Below, piece after piece: positions 36,566-50,347 of a stretch of DNA of 64,000 nt (within the stretch, counting starts at the first letter, position 1; every line of letters starts with the position of its first letter). Source of the DNA: Leucoraja ocellata (lineage: Eukaryota); NCBI GenBank assembly GCA_036785375.1, contig JAWMAR010000471.1, positions 1 through 64,000 on the forward strand, in the 5' to 3' direction. Under the pieces are notes generated by a model. The model did not search any database. It was not told the origin of the DNA and was given only the letters and a program-made list of their open reading frames with translations. The position numbers and the translations under genes were made by a program.

Positions 36566-37685
36566 CTGCAAGAGTCCGGGGTTAAATAACGCAACATCAT
36601 CTAATTCAGCTCATACTTCAGAATATCCCTCATCCTGATATTGATATGAGGTACAATGACATCAAACATACCCCTCCTCTAAAAGCTAAATAAAGATGGG
36701 CGGAAAGGCGCTGGGAATTACAGAATAAATTTATCTTTAAAGATAATCCAACCCGTTGCATCGTCCTGGACGTCGTTATTGCTTCCGGGGAGGAAGGAGG
36801 AGATCGTAGATTACACGTACGTGAACCACCGGTGTGTTCACACTATCCGGTGCTTCACCATCGCGGCTGCTTTCCAACAATTAACCTGGAAATTCACCTC
36901 GAATTTCCGAACTTCAATTAATGTGAAACTGCATCTTTTCTGTGAAGAGCTGTGATCTAGGTTCTTCATTCATTGGCTTATTCTTGACAGCGTCACATCC
37001 TGGCTGCGCGGAGCTAATTTGTTCACCAACTCCCCGAAGTTTCTTAATTCCGCCAAACACATCACTGCTTTTGGTGCCCAATCATCTCAAACCTCCTTTA
37101 CGTACTGTTCCATGACGACACAAGAGGGCAAGACCGGAAGTACAATATATAATTAGATTTAATTAGATTAGATTCAACTTTATTGTCATTGCACATTTAC
37201 AGTACAAAGAAATGGTTTAACCGAGCTGTCATAACATAGAATAAAATAACAAAACACACACTCAACGCAGTTTTAACATCCACCACAGTGAGTCCAACAG
37301 ACACCTCCTCACTGTGATGGAAGGCAAAAGTCCCAAAGTCCTTGTAATGAACAAAATTCAATAAATTAACAACTAGGTCCATGTGCAGAAGATGCATGAA
37401 GTGCTTAATGCAAGCGAATACATTTCATAGTTCATCTTTTAGTGCGGTGTGGGGCTCAAAAACCTAATATTTGTTTGTTAGAAGCTATTCTTCAAGCCAA
37501 CTGTCATGGGTTTTTTTAAATATTTAAAAATCGAGTATTAATGACAGCAAACACACTGACGTTGGGACGGGTGCAGCAATGTACGAGGACGTGCCGGTGC
37601 TGAGAATGTTGTGCTGACGGGGTGATACGTCAGTGGGTGCACTGGTAGTTTTTGTACAGGCTCAGCCCAAATCTGAGTCTCCGTG

Positions 37686-38544
37686 GGGCACAGAGCGCAG
37701 TAATACATCGCCGAGTCTCGGAGACGCGTTTGTGACACCGTCAGCGGGACCGTTCCTGTCGAATGGTCGAGCTCAGCAGAAAAACGGTCCCCGGCATTGT
37801 TCTTCTCGCCGCCTTTGTATGTCGTTCTGAGCAGCAGAAACTCAAGGGATCCGCCGGGATACTGACGGTACCAGATTAGTCCAGCAGAGGCCGCGCTTGT
37901 AACTGTATAGTTGCAGCTCAATTTTGTATCATCCCCTTCACTCACGGTAACCGCTGCCGGTGACTGAGAAACGTCGTCGCCTCGACAATTCCCTGCAAGA
38001 GGCCGGGGATAAATAACACAATATCACCTAATTCAGCTCATACTTCAGAATACCCCTCATCCTGATACTGATATGAGGTACAATGACATCAAACATACCC
38101 CTCCACTAAAAGCTAAATAAAGATGGGCGGGAAGGCGCTGGGAATTACCAAATACATTTATCTTTAAAGATAATCCAACCCGTTTCATCGCACGGGACGT
38201 CGTTATTGCTTCCTGGGTGTAAGAAGGGAATCGTAGATCTCTCGTGCGTGAACCACCGGTGTGTTCTAACTCGAAGATGCTTCTCCGTCAGCGCTGCTTT
38301 CCAACAATTAACCTGGAAAGGCACCGCGAATTTCCGAACATCAATTACTGTGAAACTGCATCTTTTTTTCCTAATGTGCTCTGCGTTTACTGTCCCCATA
38401 CGGACTCCCTTTCTAAAGTCATTGTGTTGCATTCAAGGTACTTGGTTGATTAAATATCGTGCCCTACATTATTGGAAACGTGGTGAACTTACCGGTTAAG
38501 AGAGCTGCAGCTGTAAGAAGCCAATACATTGTCAAGACCAGCAT
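37686..38544 (-). CDS. TRAV: V21: TCR alpha/delta V segment, apparently intact
   Basis: Leader 38493-38544, V exon 37686-37992 ending YYCALC. RSS CACGGAG-23-ACAAAAACT. Confidence 0.87.
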
Positions 38545-38931
38545 GTTGTAATTGCATTGAGAGTGAATATGAACTGAAATGGTCTCACCCGGAAACAGGT
38601 TTAATCTGATATTGTGAAAGGGGTGTGGTCGATGTTCTTCATTCATTGGCTTATTCTTGTCAGCGTCACATCCCCTCAACGCAGAGTTAATTTGTTCTCT
38701 AACTCCCCGAATTAACTCAGTTTACAATTCCGCCAATCAAATCACTGATTTTGTTGCCCAATCATCTCAAACCTCCTTTGTTTTCTGTTCCATTACGTCA
38801 CAGGAGGGGCAAGGCCTGAAGTACAATGTACAATAAACAAAATTCAATACATTATTCTTCAACCCAATTGTCATGGGATTTTTAATTAAAAAATAGAGTC
38901 TTAATGACAGCAAACACACTGGCGTTGGACC

Positions 38932-39975
38932 GGGATTTGAGTATAGGAGCAGAGAGGTTCTACTGCAGTTGTCCAGGGTCTTGGTGTGACCACACTTGAG
39001 TACAGTTTTGATCTGCTAATCTGAGGAAAGACCTTCTTGCCATAGAGGGAGTACAGAGAAGTTTCACCAGACTGATTCATTGGATGGCAGGACTATCATA
39101 TGAAAAAAGACTGGATAGACTCGGCTTGTATTCGCTAGAATTTTGAAGATTGAGGGGAGGGATCTTACAGAAAGTTACAAAATTCTTAAGGTGTTGGGCA
39201 GGCTAGATGCAGGAAGATTGTTCCCGATGTTGGGGAAGTCCAGAACAAGTCACAGTTCAAGGATAAGAAGGAAATATGTTAGGACCGAGATGAGAAAAAC
39301 ATTTTTCACACAGAGAGTGGTGAATCTCTGGAATTCTCTGCCACAGAAGTTAGTTTAGGCCAGTTCATTGGCTATGTTTAAGAGGGAGTTAGATGTGGCC
39401 CTTGTGGCTAAAGGCATCAAGGGGTATGGAGAGAAGGCAGGTACAGGATACTGAGTTGGATGATCAGCCATGATCATAGTGAATGGCGGTGCAGGCTCGA
39501 AGGGCAGAATGGCACCATCCTGCACCTATTTTCTATGTTCCCATGTTCCTACGATAGGTCTATAATTCTTTGGAGCGCAGAAGGTTAAGGGGGTACTTGA
39601 TATTGGTCTTTAAATGGTGAGAGGGATAGACAGAGTTGACGTGGATAAGCGTTTTCCATTGAGAGTAGGGAATATTCAAACACGAGGACATGATTTGAGA
39701 ATTAAGGGGCAGAAGTTTAGGGGTAACATGAGGGGGAACTTCTTTACTCAGAGAGTGGTGGCTGTGTGGAATGAGCTTCCAGTGGAGGTGGTGGAGGCAG
39801 GTTCGATTTTATCATTTAATAATTAATTGGATGTTTATATGGACGGGAAAGGAATGGAGTGTTATGGTCTGAGTACTGGGAGATGAGACGAGGTGAGAAT
39901 AAGTGTCCGGCTCGGACTAGAAGGACTGTGATGGCCGGTTTCCATGCTGTAATTGTTATATGGTTATCAGGTTAT
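38932..39975 (+). mobile_element. Tandem CR1 3' fragments (copy 2)
   Basis: Same junctions and CR1 ORF2 motifs as 10250-11302. Confidence 0.88.
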
Positions 39976-40258
39976 AAATTAACAATCTAGCCCATGTGCA
40001 TAAGAGTATGAACCGCTTAATGCAACCAGAGACAGTGCATAGTCCATCTGTTGGTGCTGTGGTGTGTTCAAGAACCTAATGTATGTGTGTTAGAAGCTAT
40101 TCTTCAACCCATTGTCATGTTTTTTTTTAATATTTAAAAATCTTCTATTAATAACAGCAAACACATTGGCGTTGGGGCAATGAACGAGGACGCGCTGAAA
40201 ACTGACGGGGATCTCTGATAGTTTTTGTACAGACTCAGCCCAATTCTGCGCCACCGTG

Positions 40259-41116
40259 GGGTTCAGAGCGCAGTAATACATCGCCGAGTCTTGGAGCCGT
40301 GTTTGTGACACCGTCAGCGGGACCGTTCCTGTCGAATGGTTGAGCCCCGCAGAGAAACGGTCCCCGGCATTGTTCTTCTCGCCGCCTTTGTATGTCGTTC
40401 TCAGCAGCAGAAACTCAAGGGATCCGCCGGGATACAGACGGTACCAGATTAGTCCAAGGCTGCTCGATCTTGTAGCTGTATAACTGCAGTTCAACTGTGC
40501 GTCATCCCCTTCACTCACTGTAACCGCTGCCGGTGTCTGAGAAACGGCGTCGCCTCGACAATTCCCTGCAAGAGTCCGGGGATAAATAACACAACATCAC
40601 CTAATTCAACTAATACTTCAGAATACCCCTCATCCTGATACTGATATGAGGTACAATTACATCAAACATACCCCTCCCCCAAAAGCTAAATAAAGATGGG
40701 CGGAAAGGCGCTGGGAATTACCGAATGAATTGATCTTTAAAGATAATCCGACCCGTTCCATCCGACTGGACGTCGTTATTGTTTCCGGGGAGGAAGGGGG
40801 AAATCGCGGATCACTCGTACGGGGACCACCGGTGTGTTCTAACTATATGATGCTTCACCATCGTTGCTGCTTTCCAACAATTAACCTGGAAACTCACCTC
40901 GAATTTCCGAACATCAATTACTGTGAAACTGAGTATTTTTTCCTAATGTCCTCTGCGTTTACTGTCCTCATACGGACTGCCTTTCTAAAGTCGTTGTGTT
41001 GCATTCAAGGTATTCGGTTAGTTAAATATCGAGGCCTACAGTATTGGAAACGTGGTGAACTTACCGGTTAAGAGAGCTGCAGCTGTAAGAAGCCAATACA
41101 TTGTCAAGGCCAGCAT
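40259..41116 (-). CDS. TRAV: V22: TCR alpha/delta V segment, apparently intact
   Basis: Leader 41065-41116, V exon 40259-40565 (WYRL instead of WYRQ). RSS CACGGTG-23-ACAAAAACT. Confidence 0.85.
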
Positions 41117-41851
41117 GTTGTAATTGCATTGAGAGTGAATATGAACTGAAATGGTCTCACCGGGAAACAGGTTTAATCTGATATTGTAAAAGAGCTGTGG
41201 TCTAGGTTCTTCATTCATTGGCTTATTGTTGACAGCGTCACGTCCTGTCAGCGCGGTTCCAATTTGTTCTCCAGCTCCCCGAAGTTTCTTAATTCTGACA
41301 ATCACATCACTGCTTTTGTTGCCCAATCATTTCAAACGTCCTTTCTTTTCTGTTCCAGGGCGTCACAGGAGGGGCAAGACCGGAAGTACAATATATAATT
41401 AGATTAGATTAGATTAGATTCAACTTTATTGTCCTTGCATATTTACAGTACAACGAAATGGTTTTAACATCCACCACAGTGAGTCCAACAGGCACCTCCT
41501 CATTGTAAAGGAAGGCAAAAATCCCAAAGTCCTTGTAATAAACAAAATTCAATAAATTAACAACCAGGTCCATGTGCATAAGATGCATGAAGTGCTTAAT
41601 GCAATCGAAGACATTTGATGGTTCATCTTTTAGTGCTGTGTAGTGTTCGAGAACCTAATATTTGTCTAATATTTGTCTGTATCATGGGTTTTTTAACATT
41701 CAAAACTAGTGTATTAATGACAGCAAATACACTGGCGTTGGGACGGTTGCAGCAATCAACAAGGGTGCGCCGATGCTGACAAACGCGCTGCAATCTGACG
41801 GTGATCTCTGATAGTTTTTGTACCGGCTCAGCCCAATTCTGCGCCACCGTG

Positions 41852-42693
41852 GGGTTCAGAGCGCAGTAATACATCGCCGAGTCTCGGAGCCGCGTTTGTG
41901 ACACCGTCAGCGGGACCGTTCCTGTCGAATGGTCGAGCTCAGCAGAAAAACGGTCTCCGGCATTGTTCTTCTCGCCGCCTTTGTATGTCGTTCTGAGCAG
42001 CAGAAACTCAAGGGATCCGCCAGGATAATGACGGTACCAGATTAGCCCAAGATTATTCAAGCTTGTAGCTGTATAGTTGCAGCTCAATTTTGCATTCTCC
42101 CCTTCACTCACTGTAACCGCTGCTGGTGTCTGAGAAACGGCGTCGCCTCGACAATTCCCTGCAAGAGACCGGGGATAAATAACACAACATACTTCAGAAT
42201 ACCCCTCATCCTGATACTGATATGAGGTACAATGACATCAAACATACCCCCCCCCCCCCCCCCCCCCCCCCAAAGCTAAATAAAGATGGGCGGAAAGGCG
42301 CTGGAAATTACCGAATAAATTGATCTTTAAAGATAATACAACCCGTTTCATCGGACTGGACTTCGTTATTGCTTCCGGGGAGGAAGGGGGAAATCGTAGA
42401 TCACTCGTACGGGGACCACCTCTACGATGCTTCACCATCGCGACTGCTTTCCAACAATTAACCTGGAAACTCACCTCGAATTTCCGAACATCAATTGCTG
42501 TGAAACGGCATCTTTTTTCCTAATGTGCTCTGCGTTTACTGTCGTCATACGGACTCATGTTCTAAAGTCGTTGTGTTGCATTCAAGATATTTGGTTGAAT
42601 AAATATCATGCCCTACATTATTGGAAACGTGGTGAACTTACCGGTTAAGAGAGCTGCAGCTGTAAGAAGCCAATACATTGTCAAGGCCAGCAT
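41852..42693 (-). CDS. TRAV: V23: TCR alpha/delta V segment, apparently intact
   Basis: Leader 42642-42693, V exon 41852-42158 (WYRH). RSS CACGGTG-23-ACAAAAACT. 17-bp intron deletion near 42190. Confidence 0.85.
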
Positions 42694-43505
42694 GTTGTAA
42701 TTGCGTTGAGAGTGAATATGAACTGAAATGGTCTCACCCGGAAACAGGTTTAATCTGATATTGTGAAAGGGGAGTGGTCTAGGTTCTTCATTCATTGTAT
42801 TATTCTTGACAGCGTCACATCCCGTCGGCGCGGAGCTAATTTGTTCTCCAACTCCCCGAATTCACTCAGTTTCTTAATTCCGCCAATCACATCACTGCTT
42901 TTGTTTACCAATCATCTCACACCTCCTTTGTTTTCTGGTCCAATTACGTCACAGGAGGGGCAACGCCGGAAATACAATATATAATTAGATTAGATTAGAT
43001 TAGATTCAACTTTATTGTCATTGCACATTTACAGTACAACGAAATGGTTTAACCGAACAGTCATAACATAGAATAAAATAATAAAACACACACTCAATAC
43101 AGTTTTAACATCCACCACAGTGAGCCCAACAGGCACCTCCTCACTGTGAAGGAAGGCAAAAATCACAAAATCCTTGTAATGAACAAAATTCAATAAATTA
43201 ACAACCAGGTCCATGTGCATAAGATGCATGAAGTGCTTAATGTAACCGAAGACATTTCATAGTTCACCTTTTAGGGCGGTGCAGGGTTCAATAACCTAAT
43301 ATTTGTTTGTTAGAAGCTATTCTTCAACCCAATTATCATGGGGATTTTTAATATTTAAAAATCGTGTATTAATGACAGCAAACACACTGGCTTTGTACGG
43401 GTGCAGCAATCAACAAGGGCGCGCCGATACTGGCAAACACGCTGCAAACTGACGGGGATCTCTGATTATTTTTGTACAGGCTCAGCCCAATTCTGCGCCA
43501 CCGTG

Positions 43506-44363
43506 GGGTTCAGAGCGCAGTAATACATCGCCGAGTCTCGGAGCCGCGTTTGTGACACCGTCAGCGGGACCGTTCCTGTCGAATGGTTGAGCTCCGCAGC
43601 AAAACGGTCCCCGGCATTGGTCTTCTCGCCGCCTTTGTATTTCGTTCTGAGCAGCAGAAACTCAAGGGATCCGCCGGGATACTGACGGTACCAGATTAGT
43701 CCAGGAGGGGTCGTGCTTGTAGATGTATAGTTGCAGCTCAATTTTGCATTCTCCCCTTCACTCACGGTAACCGCTGCTGGTGTCTGAGAAACGGCGTCGC
43801 CTCGACAATTCCCTGCAAGAGTCCGGGGATAAATAACACAACATCATCTAATTCAGCTCATACTTCTGAATACCCCTTATCCTGATACTGATATGAGGTA
43901 CAATGACATCAAACATACCCCTCCCCAAAAAGCTAAATAAAGATGGGCGGAAAGGCGCTGAGAATTACCGAATAAATTGATCTTTAAGGATAATACAACC
44001 CGTTCCATCGGACTGGACGTCGTTATTGCTTCCGGGGTGGAAAAGGTGAATCGTAGATCACTCGTGCGTGAACCACCGGTGTATTCTAACTCTACGATGA
44101 TTCTCGGTCGGGGCTGCTTTCCAACAATTAACCTGGAAACTCACCTCAAATTTCCGAACATCAATTACTGTGAAACTGCATCATTTTTCCTAATGTGCTC
44201 TGCGTTTACTGCCCACATACGAACACCCTTTCTAAAGTCGTTGTGATGCAGTCAAGGTACTTCGTTGATTAAATATCGTGCCCTACATTATTGGAAACGT
44301 GGTGAACTTACCGGTTAAGAGAGCTACAGCTGTAAGAACCCAATACATTGCCAAGGCCAGCAT
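43506..44363 (-). CDS. TRAV: V24: TCR alpha/delta V segment, apparently intact
   Basis: Leader 44312-44363, V exon 43506-43812. RSS CACGGTG-23-ACAAAAATA. Confidence 0.86.
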
Positions 44364-45169
44364 GTTGTAATTGCATTGAGAGTGAATATGAACTGAAATG
44401 GTCTCACCCGGAAACAGGTTTAATCTGATATTGTGAAAGGGGAGTGGTCTAGGTTCTTCATTCATTGTATTATTCTTGACAGCGTCACATCCCGTCGGCG
44501 CGGAGCTAATTTGTTCTCCAACTCCCCGAATTCACTCAGTTTCTTAATTCCGCCAATCACATCACTGCTTTTGTTGCCCAATCATCTCACACCTCCTTTG
44601 TTTTCTGGACCAATTACGTCACAGGAGGGGCAAGGCCGGAAATACAATATATAATTAGATTAGATTAGATTAGATTCAACTTTATTGTCATTGCACATTT
44701 ACAGTACAACGAAATGGTTTAACCGAACAGTCATAACATAGAATAAAAACACACACTCAATACAGTTTTAACATCCACCACAGTGAGTCCAACAGGCACC
44801 TCCTCACGGTGAAGGAAGGCAAAAATCACAAAATCCTTGTAATGAACAAAATTCAATAAATTAACAACCAGGTCCATGTGCATAAGATGCATGAAGTGCT
44901 TAATGTAACCGAAGACATTTCATAGTTCATCTTTTAGGGCGGTGCAGGGTTCAATAACCTAATATTTGTTTGTTAGAAGCTATTCTTCAACCCAATTATC
45001 ATAGGGGGTTTTAATATTTAAAAATCGTGTATTAATGACAGCAAACACACTGGCTTTGGGACGGGTGCAGCATTCAACGAGGGCGTGCCGATGCTGACAA
45101 ACGCGCTGCAAACTGACGGGGATCTCTGATTGTATTTGCACATGCTCAGCCCAATTCTGCGCCACCGTG

Positions 45170-46186
45170 GGGTTCAGAGCGCAGTAATACATCGCCGAGT
45201 CTCGGAGCCGCGTTTGTGACACCGTCAGCGGGACCGTTCCTGTCGAATGGTTGAGCTCAGCAGAAAAACGGTCCCCGACATTGTTCTTCTCGCCGCCTTT
45301 CTATGTTGTTCTGAGCAGAAGAAACTCAAGGGATCCGCCGGGATACTGACGGTACCAGATTAGTCCAGCAGAGGTCGTGCTTGTAGCTGTATAGTTGCAG
45401 CTCAATTTTGTATCCTCCCCTTCACTCACTGTAACCGCTGCCGGTGTCTGAGAAACGGCGTCGCCTCGACAATTCCCGGCAAGAGTCCGGGGATAAATAA
45501 CACAACATCACCTAATTCAGCGCATACTTCAGAATACCCCTCATCCTGATACCGGTATGAGGTACAATGACATCGAACATACCCCTCCCCTAAAAGCTAA
45601 ATAAAGATGGGCGGAAAGGCGCTGGGAATTGCCTAATAGATTCATCTTTAAAGATAATACAACCCGTTCCATGGGACTGGACGTCGTTATTGCTTCCGGG
45701 GAGGGAAAAGGCAATCGTAGATCACTCGGGCGTGAACCGCCGGTGCGTTCTAACTCTACGATGCTTCTCCGTCGGCGCTGCTTTCCAGCGATAAACCTGG
45801 AAACTCACCTCAAATTTCCGAACATCAATTACGGTGAAACTGAGTCTTTTTTCATAATGTGCTCTCCGTTTACTGTCCTCATACGGACTCCCTTTCTAAA
45901 GTCGTTGTGTTGCATTCAAGGTATTCGATTAATTAAATATCGTGGCCTACAGTATTGGAAACGTGGTGAACTTACCGGTTAAGAGAGCTGCAGCTGTAAG
46001 AAGCCAATAAAGATGGGCGGAAAGGCGCTGGGAAATGCCTAAATGATTCATCTTTCTAACTCCCTTTCTAAAGTAGTTGTGTTGCCTTCAAGGTATTTGG
46101 TTGATTAAATATGTTGCCCTACATAATTGGAAACGTGGTGAGAGAGCTGCAGCTGTAAGAAGCCAATACATTGTCAAGGCCAGCAT
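45170..46186 (-). pseudogene. TRAV: V25: multiply disabled V segment
   Basis: V exon 45170-45476 has an in-frame TAG (cta 45301-45303), the acceptor is AG>CG, and the nonamer is GCAAATACA. ATG-less leader remnant at 45976 to about 46009. The upstream leader (ATG at 46186) has lost its donor through a 13-bp deletion at 46140/46141. Confidence 0.92.
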
Positions 46187-46575
46187 GTTGTAATTACATT
46201 GAAAGTGAATATGAGCTGAAATGGTCTCACCCGGAAACAGGTTTAATCTGATATTGTGAAAGGGGTGTGGTCGATGTTCTTCATTCATTGGCTTATTCTT
46301 GACAGCGTCACATCCCGTCGGCGCGGAGCTAATTTGTTCTCCAACACCCCGAATTCACTCAGTTTACAATTCCGCCAATGACATCACTGCTTTTGTTGCC
46401 CAATCATCTCAAACCTCATTTGGTTTCTGTTCCATTACGTCACAGGAGGGGCAAGGCCTGAAGTACAATGTACAATAAACAAAATTCAATAAACTATTCC
46501 TCAACCCAATTGTCATGGGTTTTTTTTAATTAAAAAATCGAGTCTTAATGACAGCAAACACACTGGCGTTGGGAC

Positions 46576-47619
46576 GGGATTTGAGTATAGGGGCAGAGAG
46601 GTACTACTGCAGTTGTCCATGGTCTTGGTGTGACCACACTTCAGTACAGTTTTGATCTGCTAATCTGAGGAAAGACATTCTTGCCATAGAGGGAGTACAG
46701 AGAAGGTTCACCAGACTGATTCATGGGATGTCACGATTATAATATGAAAAAGGACTGGATAGACTCGGCTTGTACTCGCTAGAATGTAGAAGATTGAGGG
46801 GGGATCTTATAGAAACTTACAACATCCTAAGGGTTGGACAAGCTAGATGCAGGAAGATTGTTTCCGATGTTGGGGAAGTCCAGAACAAGGGGTCACAGTT
46901 CAAGGATAAGAAGGAAATATGTTAGGGCCGGGATGAGAAAAACATTTTTCACACAGAGAGTGGTGAATCTCTGGAATTCTCTGCCACAGAAGGTAGTTGA
47001 GGCCAGTTCATTGGCTATGTTTAAGAGGGAGTTACATGTGGCCCTTGTGGGTAAAGGCATCAAGGGGTATGGAGAGAAGGCAGGTACAGGATACTGAGTT
47101 GGATGATCAGCCATGATCATATTGAATGGCGGTGCAGGCTCGAAGGGCCGAATGGCATCATCCTGCACCTATTTTCTATGTTTCCATGTTCCTAAGTTAG
47201 GTCTATAATTCTTTGGAGCGCAGAAGGTTAAGGGGGTACTTGATATTGGTCTTTAAATGGTGAGAGGGATAGACAGAGTTGACGTGGACAAGCTTTTTCC
47301 ATTGAGAGTAAGGAATATTCAAACACGAGGACATGATTTGAGAATTAAGGGGCAGAAGTTTAGGGGTAACATGAGGGGGAACTTCTTTACTCAGAGAGTG
47401 GTGGCTGTGTGGAATGAGCTTCCAGTGAAAGTGGTGGAGGCAGGTTTGATTTTATCATTTAAAAATTAATTGGATGGGTATATGGACGGGAAAGGAATGG
47501 AGTGTTATGGTCTGAGTGCTGGCAGATGAGACGTGGTGAGAATAAGTGTTCGGCTCGGACTAGAAGGACTGTGATGGCCGGTTTCCATGCTGTAATTGTT
47601 ATATGGTTATCAGGTTATA
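46576..47619 (+). mobile_element. Tandem CR1 3' fragments (copy 3)
   Basis: Same junctions and motifs as 10250-11302. Confidence 0.88.
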
Positions 47620-47827
47620 AATTAACAATCTAGCCCATGTGCATAAGAGTATGAACCGGTAAATGCAACCAGAGACAGTGCATAGAGTAAATCTTCTATT
47701 AATGACAGCAAACACATTGGCGTTGGGGCAATCAACGAGGGCGCGCCGATGCTGACAAACGCGCTGAAAACTGACGGGGATCTCTGATAGTTTTTGTACA
47801 GACTCAGCCCAATTCTGCGCCACCGTG

Positions 47828-48685
47828 GGGTTCAGAGCGCAGTGATACATCGCCGAGTCTCGGAGCCGTGTTTGTGACACCGTCAGCGGGACCGTTCCTG
47901 TCGAATGGTTGAGCTCAGCAGAAAAACGGTCCCCGGCATTGTTCTTCTCGCCGCCTTTGTATGTCGTTCTGAGCAGCAGAAACTCAAGGGATCCGCCGGG
48001 ATACTGACGGTACCAGATTAGTCCAGAGCTGCCCGTGCTTGTAACTGTATAGTTGCAGCTCAATTTTGTATCCTCCCCTTCACTCACTGTAACCGCTGCC
48101 GGTGTCTGTGAAACGGCGTCGCCTCGACAATTCCCTGCAAGAGACCGGGGATAAATAACACAATATCACCTAATTCAGCTCATACTTCAGAATATCCCTC
48201 ATCCTGATACTGATATGAGGAACAATGACATCAAACATACCCCTCCCCCAAAAGCTAAATAAAGATGGGCGGAAAGGCGCTGGGAACTACCGAATAAATT
48301 GATATTTAAAGATAACCCAACCGGTTCCATCGCACTGGACGTCGTTATTGCTTCCGGGGTGCAAAAAGGGAATCGTAGATCACCCGTGCGCGAACCACCG
48401 GTGTGTTCTAACTCTACGATGCTGCTCCGTCGGGGCTGCTTTCCAACAATTAACCTGGAAACTCACCTCAAATTTCCGAACATGAATTACTGTGAAACTG
48501 CATCTTTTTTCCTAATGTGCTCTGCGTTTACTGTCGTCATACGGACTCCCTTTCTAAAGTAGTTGTGTTGCATTCAAGGTATTTGGTTGATTAAATATCG
48601 TGCCCTACATTATTGGAAACGTGGCGAGCTTACCGGTTAAGAGAGCTGCAGCTGTAAGAAGCCAATACACTGTCAAGGCCAGCAT
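47828..48685 (-). CDS. TRAV: V26: TCR alpha/delta V segment, open frame (YHC variant)
   Basis: Leader 48634-48685, V exon 47828-48134. RSS CACGGTG-23-ACAAAAACT. Confidence 0.85.
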
Positions 48686-49493
48686 GATGTAATTGCATTG
48701 AAAGTGAATATGAACTGAAATGGTCTCACCCGGAAACAGGTTTAATCTGATATTGTGAAAGGGGTGTGGTCGATGTTCTTCATTCATTGGCTTATTCTTG
48801 AAAGCGTCACATCCCGTCGGCGCGGAGCTAATTTGTTCTCCAACTTCCCGAATTAACTGTTTCTTAATTTCGCCAATAACATCACAGCTTTTGTTGCCCA
48901 ATCATCTCAAACCTCCTTTGTTTTCTGTTCCATGACGTCACAGGAGGGGCAAGGCCGGAAGTACAATATATAATTAGATTAGATTAGTTTAGATTCAACT
49001 TTATTGTCATTGCACATTTACAGTACAACGAAATGGTTTAACCGAGCTGTCATAACATAGAATAAAATAACAAAACACACACTCAACACAGTTTTAACAT
49101 CCACCACAGTGTCCACCAGGCACCTACTCACTGTGATGGAAGGCAAAAGTCCCAAACTCCTTGTAATAAACAAAATTCAATAAGTGAACAACCAGGTCCA
49201 TGTGCAGAAGATGCATGAAGTGCTTAATGCAAACGAATACATTCCATAATTCATCTTTTAGTGCTGTGTAGGGCTCAAACACCTAATATTTGTTGTTAGA
49301 AGCTATTCTTCAACCCAATTATAATGGGGGTTTTTTCATATTTGAAAATCGTGTATTAATGACAGCAAACACACTGGCGTTGGGACGGGTGCAGCATTCA
49401 GCGAGGGTGCGCCGATGCTGACAAACGCGCTGCAAACTGACGGGGATCTCTGATAGTTTTTGTACAGGCTCAGCCCAATTCTGAGCCACCGTG

Positions 49494-50347
49494 GGGTTCA
49501 GAGCGCAGTAATACGTCGCCGAGTCTCGGAGCCGCGTTTGTGACACCGTCAGCGGGACCGTTCCTTTCGAATGGTTGAGCTCAGCAGAAAAACGGTCCCC
49601 GGCATTGGTCTTCTCGCCGCCTTTGTATTTCGTTCTGAGCAGCAGAAACTCAAGGGATCCGCCGGGATACTGACGGTACCAGATTAGTCCAGCAGAGGTC
49701 GCGCTTGGAGCTGTATAGGTGCAGCTCAATTTTGTATCATCCCCTTCACTCACTGTAACCGCTGCCGGTGTCTGGGAAACGGCGTCGCTTCGACAATTCC
49801 CTGCAAGAGACCGGTGGTAAATAACACAACTTCACCTAATTCAGCTCATACTTCAGAATAACCCTCATGCTGATACTGACATGAGGTACAATGACATCAA
49901 ACATACCCCTCCCCCAAAAGCTAAATAAAGATGGGTGGAAAGGCGCTGGGAATTACCGAATGAATTTATCTTTAAAGATAATCCAACCGGTTCCATCGGA
50001 CTGGACGTCGTTATTGCTTCCGGAGTGGGAAAAGGGAATCGTAGATCACTCGTGCGTGAACCGTAGAGTTCTAACTCTACGATGCTTCTCCGTCGGCGCT
50101 GCTTCCCCACAATTAACCCGTAAACTCACCTTAAATTTCCGAACATCAATATGTGAAATTGCATCTTTTTTCCCCAATGTGCTCTGCGTTTACTGGCCTC
50201 ATACGGACTCCCTTTCTAAAGTCGTTGTGTTGCATTCAAGGCACTTGGTTGATTAAATATCATGCCCTACATTATTGGAAACGTGGTGAACTTACCGGTT
50301 AAGAGAGCTGCAGCTGTCAGAAGCCAATACATTGTCAAGGCCAGCAT
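49494..50347 (-). CDS. TRAV: V27: TCR alpha/delta V segment (paralog of V9), apparently intact
   Basis: Leader 50296-50347, V exon 49494-49800. RSS CACGGTG-23-ACAAAAACT. Confidence 0.88.
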
